DNA of 64,000 nucleotides from Octopus vulgaris (GCA_951406725.2 OX597815.1:203670001-203734000), one strand, 5' to 3'; shown: positions 14,000 to 26,567, numbered from the stretch's first letter. Notes: generated by a model from the letters alone, not told the origin. Translations and numbers: made by a program.

Positions 14000-14208
14000 C
14001 TTAACCTTCTTCGGTCATTGAACTGTAGCGATGCTAGAAGATACATTTGAATGGTTAATTTCAATGAACTCGACGCAAGACCTTATTTTAAGTCCGGTAT
14101 GCACTTCATTGGTCTCTTTTCAGCAAAACGATAGGTTACAGGAAACGTAAACAAACTAACATCATTTGTCAAGCGGTTATACACACACGCACGCACACGC
14201 ACACACAC

Positions 14209-14249
<41 letters not shown>

Positions 14250-14682
14250 ATATACACATATACGCATCCACTCACACAGGTATATCTTTTATTCGTTCGA
14301 GTCATTTGACTGAGGCCATGCTGGGGCACGACATTGAAGGTTGTTAGTCGAACAAATCGATCCCAGGGCTTATTTTTTAAAGCCTGGTACTTTTTGCCTG
14401 GTCTTTTTGCCTATCCGGTAGGTTATGCGACGTAAACAAAATAACACTGTTACCAAGAGTTGGTGGCAGACGCACACACACATACTCTCTCTCATACACA
14501 CCTACTCTCTCTCTCACACACACATGACGGATCTCTTTCAGTTTCCATCTACCGTATACACTTACAAAATTTCGGTTGGCCTGAGACAGTAGTTGAAGAC
14601 GGCCAAGGTGCCACACAGTAGTATTGAATTCGGAACTATGTGGTCAGAAAGCTAGCTTCTTACGACACAACGACGACTGTAC

Positions 14683-14685
<3 letters not shown>
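14000..14685 (-). mobile_element. Two tandem old, diverged SINE family A copies
   Basis: gtcattgaactg..ggtctcttttcagcaaaacg (about 14010-14270) and agtcatttgactgaggccatgctgg..ccaaggtgccacacagt (about 14290-14685). Confidence 0.7.
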
Positions 14686-14740
<55 letters not shown>

Positions 14741-14744
<4 letters not shown>

Positions 14745-15000
14745 GAATGGAATTGAACGACGAATTAACAAAATCCCTTTATTTTCGACATATGTTTCGA
14801 AGGCTGCATATTCCTACTTGTGAAGGAATAAGGAGTATATTATGCCGCTTTCTCATCAGGAAAAGCAAGGAACTTGTCTCAACATCAAGATGCACAAAAG
14901 ATGCACTTAACTTCAAACGTGTCTTCTCTGATGTGAATTTGCTACCCAGGTATCGGTTAACCGAATTATCCATAACAAGATAATTCATTCAACGACTCAA
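14741..15000 (-). mobile_element. Solo Penelope pLTR-like unit between two (TA)n tracts
   Basis: Contains a hammerhead; homologous to both segments of 42985-43335; no coding sequence. Confidence 0.75.
14782..14864 (-). ncRNA. Type I hammerhead ribozyme, canonical core
   Basis: Minus strand: TTTTC-CTGATGA-GAAAGCGGCATA...TATGCAGCCTTC-GAAA-C-ATAT-G-TC-GAAAA. Confidence 0.88.
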
Positions 15001-15766
15001 ATATATATATATATATGTATGTATAACGGACTCCCATACACTCTTAACCATACTGTCATACATACATACACACATGCCCTCACACACACGTAAACGTGTA
15101 TGCATGCATGCACCTATGTTCTTGTGTAGGTTGTGTTGTGTATGTATGTAAAGACAATAACACGGAAATAGTTTGAATCTTGCGATTTTCTCCCGGGACT
15201 CTTTCCTTCCGGGCACAATGTATAGACGAATGTACACTTATGGATTGCTGGGAGTTTTTGAGTGCGAGATGACGAATGATGCGGCATTTATTCTCGTCCT
15301 TACGATCACTCCTCACACACATTCACACACAGGCACATACAGACATATACATAAGCTTGCATATATGCAATTTGCATGTTTGTGTGTGTGTGTCCGCTTA
15401 AATCTGGTGTTGTTGTGTTTCAGAATCTAGCAGTACTAGGGACAATATAATCGACCAAACGCTTTTAAAGTAGTGCTGCCACATTATGGTTGGATTCCAC
15501 TGATTTGAAATCAATAAAAGAATATAAGAATATTCACTCTTTTTGGCTAGTTATCCGCCACCATTTCATTGTAATTTATGTAGTTTCTATATTATTTCAA
15601 AATGTTGGAGATATTTAGTCTCTCATTAATAAAGTTCGGTTCTGAAACATCAATATTCTCATCTCCAAATGGCATATGATATCCAAACTTCTGAATTTAA
15701 TTATGGATCTAATGTTTCCAAGGGCCTTTCTATCCGAAGTTGTTGTTGCTTTATTTTCGGCAGCCA

Positions 15767-15829
15767 AGATAAAATTCTGAGTTTCGGATGACGAGGTGGA
15801 AATCCACACCACCATCTCTTCGGTTATCT
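15767..15829 (-). ncRNA. Hammerhead-like motif, CCGAAGA (U4C) core
   Basis: Minus strand: AGATAA-CCGAAGA-GATG..GTGG/CCAC..CATC-C-GAAA-CTCAGAA-TT-TTATCT; 6-bp stem I. Confidence 0.55.
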
Positions 15830-16265
15830 GAAAAACACTATGAAAAATGACCGTTATACAAAGGGAAATTACTGTGCTATAGATCTCTACTTATACAAAA
15901 GCGCTAATTCGAATGACCGCTAATTAAGATAAGGTTCATAGTAAACACGTAAGCGTGCCTGTTCATACGTATACATGTGCGCTCGCGCACCCACGTGCGT
16001 ACGCATGTATCACTATGAAAACGTACACATCTTCACTCGCATTTTTCGCCAAATGTATATGCATATATATATACAAACTCATATGCACACACGCGCACCG
16101 TAAAAGTTCATAAATACATGTGTATGTATGAACAGGCACTCTTACGTGTTTACTATGAACTTTTAACCTTATCTTAATTAGCGCTTTTGTATAAGTAACG
16201 GTCTATAACACAGTAATTTCCCTTTGTATAACGGTCTTTTTTCATAGCGTTTTTCAGATTGCCAA

Positions 16266-16324
16266 ATAACCGAAGAGATGGTGGTGTGGATTTTCACTTC
16301 GGCATCCGAAACTCAGAGTTTTAT
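16266..16324 (+). ncRNA. Hammerhead-like motif, CCGAAGA (U4C) core
   Basis: ATAA-CCGAAGA-GATG...CATC-C-GAAA-CTCAGAG-TT-TTAT; stem III ACTC-A-GAGT. Confidence 0.6.
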
Positions 16325-16425
16325 CTTGGCTACCGAATAATTGTCTCATATTATTTTACAGATAAATTCCTCTATTTACATAATAATGAGGTCTCTTTCT
16401 TTCTTTTGTTATCTTACCGTTTTTA

Positions 16426-16487
<62 letters not shown>

Positions 16488-16493
<6 letters not shown>

Positions 16494-17763
16494 GTCATCC
16501 CATAAATTCTGTTCGAATTTTGAATAAATAAAACAACTGATTAAATGTTATATTTAATTGAAATTTTATCATCAATGTACTTTCCCTGATTATCTATGAC
16601 TTCTTTCCATCTATTTACAAGTTTTTAATCCCATCAATGTAAAACACTTTTGGTTTCAAAGCGAAGAACTCTGAAATGTCAGTTTCGACCTCCTCCTGGC
16701 TTACGAAAGTTATGTTTCCCCATATTATTTGTAGACTACGAAACAAATGGTAGTCTGAAGGAGCAAGGTCGGGAGAATAAGGTGGATGATGAATTTTTTC
16801 CCTACAAGCCCTTCGATGTTAGCTTTGCAGTGTGGGAACGCGCATTGTCCTGATGAAACATCACTCCTTTTCGATTCACTAAAGCGGATCTTTTTTTCTT
16901 CAAAGCTTGGTTCAAACGCTCTAATTGCTGATAGTAGACTTGAGCATTGATTGTTGCATTAGGTGGTAACATTTCAAAGTGAATTACGCCTTTGCAATCC
17001 CACCAGATAGAGAGAGGAACCTTTTTCCCATATAGTTCCCTTCTCGGTTGTGGTTGAGCTTTTTCCCTTTTACCAAGCCACTGTTTACGACGTTTAACAT
17101 TTCGATAGAAGATCCATTTTTCGTCACCAGTCACAAGTCTATCCAAAAAGGGTGAAATGAGTTCGCAAAAATGGAGAGAAGAGCAGATGTCAAATCGGGA
17201 TTCGCGGCTGCTTTCGTATAATTCATGAGGCACCCATTTTCCAAGTTTAGGAACCTTTCCAAGTTGTTGAAGATTACGATGAACTGATATGGTTTGAACT
17301 AAGCTTTATTGCCAATTTTTCAACTGATAATGCAGGATGTTCTTCAGGCGATGCCTCAAGGACCGTAACATCAAATTCAACTGGACGTCCTGCTCGATCT
17401 TCATCTTCAAGGCTGAAATCTCTACTTCTGAATTTTGCAAACCATCTTCTGCAAGTTCTTTCATTCAAGCATTCTTTCCTATAAACTGAGTGTTTGTTTC
17501 GGGTCACTTCGGCTGCAGAGTCTCCTTTTTTGTACTCATAAAGCATTATGTGCCTCAAATGCTCTTTGGATACTTCCATGTTAGAAGAGGTTTTAATCAC
17601 AGAAATTTTAATTCCATTATTCTGTAAAATAATGTTTAATTAGTTTAAATGTACACAAATGCATAAAAATAATTTTTAATTCCATTAGACATTCTAAAAT
17701 ACTATTAAATTTCATTCAATTTAAAAAGGTAAAATCGAACAGAACTCATGGGATGACCTTACA
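16488..17763 (-). mobile_element. Near full-length mariner transposon with disrupted transposase
   Basis: TIRs caggtcatcccataaattctgttcga / tcgaacagaactcatgggatgacct; HLRHIMLYEY..CRRWFAKFRS; WVPHEL; LVTGDEKWIFY; FHQDNARSH; inserted at (TA)n. Confidence 0.95.
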
Positions 17764-17772
17764 TATACATTA

Positions 17773-17987
17773 TCTTTTATCTTTCACTTGTTTCAGCTAC
17801 TGGCCTGCGACCATGTTGGGCCACTGCATTGAAGAATTTTTATTTGAATAAATCGACCCCAGTACATACTTTTTTTTGCCTAATTATTCTATGGAAACTT
17901 TTGGTGACTATTATATTAATCTACTTTGCCGATAGAATAAACACGTCAGCATAGGTAGTCAAGCAGTGGTGGGAGACAAACACAGAC

Positions 17988-18038
<51 letters not shown>
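17773..18038 (-). mobile_element. SINE family A, diverged 3' half
   Basis: cttgtttcagc..aaatcgaccccagtac..gggagacaaacacagaca followed by (CA)n. Confidence 0.75.
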
Positions 18039-18039
<1 letters not shown>

Positions 18040-18115
18040 AGAAGTAATTAAGATTCAGGAGAAGCTTGAAACGGTCGTAATGCACTAATACTTGGACATC
18101 CTTGTCACTTATATG

Positions 18116-18169
<54 letters not shown>

Positions 18170-18171
18170 CG

Positions 18172-18317
18172 GTTACTTAGCGGTTCGGCAAAAGAGACCG
18201 ATAGAATAAGTACTGGGCTTACAAAAGAATAATTCCCGGGGTCGAGTTGCTCGATTAAAGGCGGTGCTCCAGCATGGCCACAGTCAAATGACTGAAACAA
18301 GTAAAAGAGTAAAAGAG
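18172..18317 (+). mobile_element. SINE family A, young 5'-truncated 3' end
   Basis: gttacttagcggttcggcaaaagagaccgatag...gaaacaagtaaaagagtaaaagag, near-identical to 63840-63982. Confidence 0.9.
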
Positions 18318-18695
18318 TATATATATATATAAACCAGCTTAGAGAAGAAGAAGAAACGAAACGAAACGAAACGAATCGAATCGAATCGACGCGAGGGCGC
18401 TCAGTCATACAATAGTGTAATAAATAAAATATATATATAATCAGAATAATCAACAGGATATCAAGTAGTGATGCAGTACGATCGTTTCAAGCGAAAATAA
18501 ATAGAAAGAAGCTTAAATTCAAACACACATGCACACGTGTATGTGTGAGTGTGTGTAAAAGTTTACATGTACAGAATATGCAAAAATGCATGATACTTAC
18601 ACATATGTGCATACAGAAATACTAAAGAGATACACTAACACATGCAAATGCCTGCACCCACACTCGCACACACACACACACACATAAATGTACTA

Positions 18696-18739
<44 letters not shown>

Positions 18740-18740
18740 C

Positions 18741-19223
18741 ATTGTTTTGTCTTGGTATAAAAGATGGGCTACAGCAAATATTCTGCTCACTACCACAGAT
18801 TTGCTTGTCAGTTGTTTGACTTTAACCAGTTGAGCATGTCCCTTAGTGGCTGACGATATGTGCATCTCTGATCACGAGCAGAAGTAGTGGGGGAGCATCA
18901 TAGCCATGTGTTAAGAGGGATTCTTTGGGGTTTGAATAATTCACCTCTGGAAACATGGGTGGTTCTTTCAACATCCTTAAACAACCCTTATTCAGGGACC
19001 TTTTGAGCGGGATGGGCTACTCAACCTGAAGAAAATTCTAACTGGGCCCCACCTGCAAGGTCATCTGCTGTTTATCTTGATATGAGATCACCATGTCGCG
19101 CACATATGGTTGTGATGCATGTGCCTGGTGTACCCTTATCAGACGGGTAGTCATGATGGGTATATTGGGCTTCGTGTATTTTACCCCAGTGTCACTTTAA
19201 TGGCATGAACTTCTCTCTCACTC
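18741..19223. mobile_element. Unclassified non-coding element of about 480 bp embedded in an (AAT)n array
   Basis: GC-richer island with sharp borders, flanked by in-phase (AAT)n at 18696-18740 and 19224-19309. Confidence 0.55.
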
Positions 19224-19282
<59 letters not shown>

Positions 19283-19637
19283 TAATGATAATGATAATGA
19301 TAATAATAAACGTACAAACCGGGCCGCATCGTAACATCTGGCGATAAAATACTACACAATGAAGAGCCGAACCTGGACTACGTCTGAAGACGTGGTGTTA
19401 TGGGATCAAAACTGGAACCATGAAGTGGTATCAAAGCTAACTATTAACACGTGCGCGCAGACACACACAACGTACAGAGGTATAGCTATATATATTTCAC
19501 ATTTTTGCATATAGATATGCATGATTACTTCCCAAGCATGTGGTTTTCTATACAGTTCCACATGGGCAAGTGTCTTCAACTATAGTTCCAGGCTGACAAA
19601 ATACTTGTGAAAGGATTTGGTAGATACCAGCTGAAAG

Positions 19638-19862
19638 AGGCTGGCAAACACGTTAGCGCGCCGGGCGAAATGCTTAGCGGTATTTCGTCTGTCGTTACGT
19701 TCTGAGTTCAAATTCCGCCGAGGTCAACTTTGCCTTTCATCCTTTCGGGGTCGATAAATAAAGTACCAGTTTCGCACTGGGGGCGATATAATCGACTCAA
19801 TCCCTTCGTCTGACCTTGTTTGTCCCCTCTGTGTTTAGCCCCTTGTGGGCAGTAAAGAAATA
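19638..19862 (+). mobile_element. SINE family B (central GCCTTTCATCCTTTCGGGGTCGATAAA domain, resembling the Meta/MESC domain)
   Basis: ctggcaaacacgttagcgcg (A-box-like), GAGTTCAAATTCC (B box); related copies at 33065, 40828, 51560 and 60580-60970. Confidence 0.85.
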
Positions 19863-20039
19863 TATATATATATATATATATATATGCGTGTGTGTGTGTG
19901 TGTGTGTGTGTGTATTGTTTTATCCGTTTCAGCCATATGAGTGCGGTCATGCTAGAGCACCACCGTAGTTTTGCACTTTCACATATTCTTCTTTGGCTGA
20001 ATTCTTCAGGTTGTTGTGATTTCATATAACGACTCTTAA

Positions 20040-20560
20040 TGTGCTGACGATAAGAGTCTGGAAGAAGATTAGAAAAAGGAAAATACCTATAAACGAAACG
20101 AATTTTACCATATTGAGACCGACTGGCTAAAAGAATATCAGTGGAACTTAGAATTAAGCAGCCACCAAGTTAAAACACAACTGGCTAGATATTGTTGTAT
20201 GGGACCATAAAGTAAAGATATGTTCTGTTGTGGAAATCAGCTGCCCACTGGAAACAAATGTGGTTAAGAAATACAAGAGAAAGAGGAGATGTATTGACCA
20301 TTGATACGGAGTTTTCAAATCCAATACACAAGATACACTTTCAGCTTCCCTTTCAGCTTTTATTATTGGAGCAACATGATAGATACCAGCCTGTCTGGAA
20401 CAAAGTATGGATGAACTTGGGATCTTGGTGGGTGAGAAGGCAAATTCTTAGTTCAAATGTTAAAAATAATCACGATATCTGGGACTATGAAAATCTGCAA
20501 GTTCTTATTAAGATTTAAAGGATGATGGCTAAAAGAAGATACTTTCCTTCACAATCTTGC
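20040..20560 (+). mobile_element. Decayed 3' end of a restriction-like-endonuclease LINE (R4-like)
   Basis: KHNWLDIVVWDHKVKICSVVEISCP resembles the RPDIV...IEISCP REL motif. Confidence 0.6.
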
Positions 20561-20684
20561 TACCTACATGATAGTCGGTCAAAATTTAATCTAAAATTTA
20601 AAAAAAAGAAAGAGAGAGAGAGAACATATATACACACACATATATACACATAAAAAACACACACATAGATAGATAAATAGATAC

Positions 20685-20827
<143 letters not shown>

Positions 20828-20835
20828 TATACATA

Positions 20836-20990
20836 GGACAAGCTTCTTTCAGTTTCCGTCTGCCAAATACACTCACAAGGCTTTGGTCGGCCCGAGGCTA
20901 TAGTAGAAGAGACTCTTGCCCAATATTCCACGCAGTGGAACTGAACCCGAAACCATGTAGTTGGCAAGCAAACTACTTATCACAACCATG
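20836..20990 (-). mobile_element. SINE family A, 5' half
   Basis: gcttctttcagtttccgtc..ggctttggtcggcccgaggctatagtagaaga..ccacgcagtggaactgaaccc. Confidence 0.88.
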
Positions 20991-21656
20991 CCAGATGCAT
21001 AAAAGCAGATTGATATGTACGTATTTATGTATGTGCTTCTAAGCATGTAGATGTACCTTCCAGCAATCTGTTGTAGTCATCTATAATATACAAATTTGTG
21101 ACTGCAAACACTCTACTTACGTCACTGACTGCCTTAGAAGAGATACAATCCCTACACAAATCCGTACTCTTTCCTTATTACACATGAACAGTTATCTAAC
21201 ATAAACAACCATCAATTATATGATGACGTTCATCGTTGCTCGTGTACATTATTCACGTACGCTATGCAGAGCTGCACGTATTATCGTTTATCTGTACATA
21301 TACATACATACATACGTATATATATATATATATATATATGAATATGTCTGTGAGTGTGTGCGTGTGCCAGCGTGAGTGTTTGAATATCCTAGTGTATGCT
21401 TGAGGACATTTCTAACATCGGTCACCAAGTGGAGATGTCGACTATTATACCAATATTGTCCAACCCTTCGCTGATGTCAAACAGTATCATCATTACCACT
21501 TAATATCCGACTTGTCTCATGGGGATTTGGGGGTGGTTCTTCACATATGTTCGGCTTGTATGATTGACTCTGCGAATTTCTTTCCCTCATTCGCTCTCTC
21601 CCTCACCCTATCCCTCACGCTTCCTCTCACATTTCTCAAGATCATATTTTACGTAC

Positions 21657-22268
<612 letters not shown>

Positions 22269-22299
22269 GTGTGTGTATGTATGTACGCATATACATATA

Positions 22300-22465
22300 T
22301 CACGATGTGGAGAATATACCAGCAGCATTGCCCAAACAACCTCAACAATAGCTTCAAAATTCATCCAAGGCAAGGACCACGGGCCATACATCCCCTACCC
22401 AATTCAAGATCCCAGCTCATAAACACACTGCAACGTAGTTTCTTTTCTTCAACATGAACTCCCTA
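22300..22465 (+). mobile_element. CR1-group LINE ORF2 C-terminal fragment
   Basis: WRIYQQHCPN..HPRQGPRA..INTLQRSFF resembles the CR1/Crack-type ORF2 tail. Confidence 0.45.
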
Positions 22466-22539
22466 CTCGAAAGGACCATGATACCACAGAACTTGACTTA
22501 AAAAGGATTTAGATAATCCCGTGAGGTGGTAATATTAAG

Positions 22540-23660
22540 TTAGACATGGCTTAGACTAATCTTTAGTCGAAATCCCATATGTTAGGCAGATCAAATCCAA
22601 CCTCCCTTTCCAATTTCGTGAAGCTATAGAAAAGAATTTCTCAAGAAATTCAAGATACTGTTCGATTATTAATTCACATCGAATCAGGATAGCTTTTTCT
22701 AACACAAAACATCTTTCACAAATCACCTCTTCGCATAAGTTGTTAAATATAAATCTACTTAATGAAAATACTAACATCGATTGTGTTAACACTTACCATT
22801 CTTTAAAACGCAATAACAGCGGGCTTATTGTTTCTGAAGTTGTCTCCAATCGCATTCGTTTTCTTAGGAGTAACTCTAAAACTAGAAATTCTATTTATCA
22901 ATGTAAAATTACTTCCAGTTCTGACGTCTTTTTATATAGGTAGTTCTTCATCTCAGTTTCTAAAAGAATATCTAATCATTATTCTACATTTAGTTATATC
23001 AATAAACGTAACAATACTGGGCTTAGTAAATTAATCTGGTATCTAAAAGATCATAATAAATAATTTGATTTGGAATGGAATATTCTCTCTATATCTTTAA
23101 CGTATGATAAATGTAAATCTTTTTGTTCGCTTGTAACAGTGAAATATGTACTTTATCCTGTTCTCAGAGAATCCCTTTATAGATACGTTTATAGAACGCG
23201 TATATCGTTGAAAATATTGGCAGAAACATACCTTTATTTCCTATAAGTGATTCCTACCATTCTATAAAATTCAACCTTTGATTGTCTTCTTACATTTCAC
23301 TTCCACTAAATTTATCTACTTCCATGCATTTAAGCTTTATTCTAATTCACCTATCGCTCTGTATCTCTCCACAATTAGTTTTCTGCTAATTTCTTTCTTT
23401 CTCCTCCTTCTCTTTCTATAAACTGCCTTGACGTTATATCTACTAACGGTTTTTTATAAAACTTCATAGCGATCCCTTTATCATAAACGCAGTTATCCCA
23501 TTCTGTTAAAATGTCTTATTGATGTGTTTGGTTTCTTTCTTTCTCTGATGAGAAGACTACGTTGTTTTACACCATTTATTTCTTCTGGTGTGATACAAAT
23601 GTTTTCTTCGAAGCATATGTCGAAAGTAAAAAGATTTGAATAATACTTGTGTTTAACCTC
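22540..23660 (+). mobile_element. Decayed Penelope-like element (GIY-YIG plus pLTR), same subfamily as 10020-11490
   Basis: IPYVRQIKSNLPFQFREAIEKNF; SIYQCKITSSSDVF.YIGSSS; KRNNTGLSKLIWYLKD. Confidence 0.85.
23538..23626 (+). ncRNA. Hammerhead motif with a GAAA to GAAG lesion
   Basis: CTGATGA 23545-23551, GAAGA/TCTTC stem II base, GAAG-C-ATAT-G-TC-GAAAG; positionally homologous to 11213-11295. Confidence 0.7.
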
Positions 23661-23680
23661 ATTTATATACATACGTACAT

Positions 23681-23750
<70 letters not shown>

Positions 23751-23808
23751 ACATAATAGATGGATAGATAGATATAGATGTATATATACATACATATATA
23801 CATATGTA

Positions 23809-25051
23809 TACAAAGGGGTACCCAATCGTAACTGGAAACTTTCTTTGTGGGACAAGACCATTGTAGTTCAGGCTTCCGCTGCTAGAATCACTTGATGCAA
23901 CCCTCAGACATCAATCGGCCAAGTGGCGTCGTGGAGGGAAGTCGTACTGGTACCTGATACATTTTTGTTCTCCAGTGCTTCTCCCCTGTTCGTCAACTGT
24001 TGCGTTGGCTGAAACCAAGGAACACCGTGCTTCCGTGAAATTCTGCCGAGGAAACGGCAGCCGAAACAGTTGTCAAGCTTCAAACCACTTACAAGGATGC
24101 TGCCATGAGCAAAACATAAGTTTACAAGTGGTTTTCTGGGCGTTCGTCGACCTCTTGAATGAATGAAAACATCTCGAAAATTCCTGATCTGACCTTCGAA
24201 GACCGTCGCCGAACAATTGACGAACTTGTTGGTATAACTGGCGTATCCTGGGGCTACTGCCAATGAATTTTGAGTGAGGAATTTCAAATGAAAAGAGTTG
24301 CAGCAAAATATGTGCCCTACTTGCTCACGGTCGATCAAAAGCAGTCACTACTGAATGTATGTCGTGAACTGAAAGAACAGTTGGAAGTTGATCCGAAACT
24401 TTTTCCGAAGGTCATCACTGGTGATGAAAGCTGGTGCTACGGCTTCGACTCAGAAATGAAGCAGCAATCAAGTCAATGGAAGCATTCAAGATCACCACGC
24501 CCCTAAAAAGCGCGTCAAGTGAAATCCAGTGCCAAGATGATGCTGAGTTGTTTCATAAATGCTAAAGGAATTGTCCACACGGAATTTGCTCTTCCTGGTC
24601 AAACCACTAACCAGACATTTTACTTGGCAGTTCGGAAGCATTTGTGAAACGTGGTGAAACGAAAACGCCCAAACCTGTGGCAAAATGGAGAGTGGTGCTT
24701 TCATCACGACAAAGCACTTGTGCATGCCGCCTTTCGGCCAAAAATGGTATGACCTCGCTTACCCACCCTCTTTATTCGCCCGATCTTCCTCCCTATGACA
24801 TTTTTCTGATCTTCCGAAAGAAAATGTCTTTAAAGGAAAACGTTTTACAGATGTGGATGAGGTGAAGATAAAACGACGGAGGCGTTTAAATGCATTACTT
24901 CGTAAGAGTTCCAGGACTGCTTCAAACAGTGGAAAACGTGTCTAGACTGATGCATTGCGTCGAATGGAGAATGCGATAAAATGGTAAACGTAAAACAAAG
25001 TGAATGGAATAATATTGCAAAATTCCGGTTTCTTTGGGGAACCTCCTCATA
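23809..25051 (+). mobile_element. Full-length but decayed mariner, second subfamily
   Basis: Imperfect TIRs caaaggggtacccaa..aactggaa / ttccggtt..ttggggaacctcctc; RVAAKYVPYLLT; VITGDESWCYGFD; HPLYSPDLPPYD. Confidence 0.92.
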
Positions 25052-25286
25052 TATGTGTACTTCTATGTAAAAAATACATTTCTCTCTATCAGTGTATGTA
25101 CGTATGTGTGTATGTAAGTATGTATGTGTCGATTTTTGTATGTATCTATATATGTTTATACGTTATGCTTTATATATATATATCCAATATATTTATCCGA
25201 TATCGTTGAATTAACAAGGGAACTATACCCCACTCCTGAAAAATATCTTATTTAAATTAAGCAATCTAAACCATTATAGTCCCAAA

Positions 25287-25609
25287 TGTATGAAATATAC
25301 TAACCGAGAACCCGTAAAAATTCGAGAATGGAACGCCTAACGTAAGAACACGTAAAAAAGGTCATTGTCTACATATGAATGCTACCAACAAATACAAAAA
25401 TGGAACAATGCACAGGGTATTATATTATATTATTATATTTCATACATATATACGATTCTCAGACGGCGTTGTGTGTTTATTGAGCGAAAACATATACGAG
25501 GCTCCGGCAGGGGGTGGTGATCCCTGCTGTACTCTTTCACCACAATGGCGGTGCCCCAGCATGGCCACAGCTCAAGAGCTGAAACTGGAAAAACAAAAAC
25601 AACAAACAA

Positions 25610-25658
<49 letters not shown>

Positions 25659-25679
25659 TATATATATGTGTATATAAAT

Positions 25680-25717
<38 letters not shown>

Positions 25718-25795
25718 CTTAGAGAGATGGAAATAAGGTTAATAACAGTTTATTTGCATTAATAAACTTAGACCTACAATTGTTTCAGTTCATCA
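25287..25795 (+). repeat. Donor segment duplicated at 28426-28730
   Basis: tgtatgaaatatactaaccgagaacccg... and agagagatggaaataag...cagttcatca are shared nearly identically; this copy also carries a SINE piece. Confidence 0.9.
25458..25600 (+). mobile_element. Short chimeric SINE: family C middle joined to a family A-like tail
   Basis: ggcgttgtgtgtttattgagcgaaaaca..gatccctgctgtactctttcaccacaa, then tggcggtgccccagcatggccacag..ctgaaac. Confidence 0.75.
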
Positions 25796-25879
25796 ATTGC
25801 AGCAGAAAAATTAAGCACATTTAATTTAATTTAACTAAATTAATTTGGTTAATTACTGCAAGTGAGAATATCTTCAGGG
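25773..25879 (-). ncRNA. Hammerhead-like motif with long stem II
   Basis: Minus strand: CC-CTGAAGA-TATTCTCACTTGCAGTA...TGCTGCAATTGATGAACT-GAAA-C-AATT-G-TA-GG; palindromic ACAATTGT; stem I only 2 bp. Confidence 0.6.
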
Positions 25880-26183
25880 AAGGATGTACAGAAAAAAATT
25901 ATTATATTTAAAACAAAATGAAAACATAAAAACAGGAAGAATAAGTGTACCATTAAATTAAAAAATATATACACAGGTATAAAAGTAGATATAGTTATAA
26001 AAATATATAGTTAGTCATAAATTAATATAAATAATAAATTAATATAAATAATGATAATGCAGACATACACATGCAAATTGGGAGAAATGGTGATTTGTAA
26101 AAAACAATAAAGTGTTTATTAAATTATGGGAATAGAGAAGTGAAATAATTAGGTATTCAATACACACATATATGCACACATAA

Positions 26184-26567
26184 GTGGAGGCGCAATGGCC
26201 CAGTGGTTAGGGCAGCGGACTCGCAGTCGTAGGATCGCGGTTTCGATTCCGAGACCCGGCGTTGTGAGTGTTTATTGAGCGAAAACACCTAAAGCTCCAC
26301 GAGCTCTGGCAGGGGATGGTGGTGATCCCTGCTGTACTCTTTCACTACAACTTTCTCTCACTCTTACTTCCTGTTTCTGTTGTACCTGTATTTCAAAGGG
26401 CCGACCTTGTCGCTCTCTGTGTCACGCTGAATATCCCCGAGAACTACGTTAAGGGTGCACGTGTCTGTGGAGTGCTCAGCCACTTGCACGTTAATTTCAC
26501 GAGCAGGCTGTTCCGTTGATCGGATCAATCGGAACCCTCGTCGTCGTAACCGACAGAGTGCTTCCAT
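26184..26567 (+). mobile_element. SINE family C (tRNA-Arg-like head, probably octopus OR-type), tail type 1
   Basis: GTGGAGGCGCAATGGCCCAGTGGTTAGGGC (A box), GGTTTCGATTCC (B box); nearly identical to 38949-39339; atatgcacacat on both flanks. Confidence 0.93.

Larger units (their letters stand above)
15751..16340. repeat. Inverted repeat, about 225-bp arms and 135-bp spacer; each arm carries a hammerhead-like motif
   Basis: 15751-15978 mirrors 16116-16340 with small indels. Confidence 0.92.

Noticed and set aside
18741-19223. HDV-like ribozyme, expected for R2/R4-type 5' ends
   Set aside because: A P1/P3/L3 nested double pseudoknot could not be assembled by eye.
26184-26262. tRNA-like heads (also at 38949, 53020-53094, 56604 and family A heads)
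   Set aside because: A and B boxes are present but there is no complete cloverleaf, and each runs into a SINE body, some with TSDs; they are not tRNA genes.
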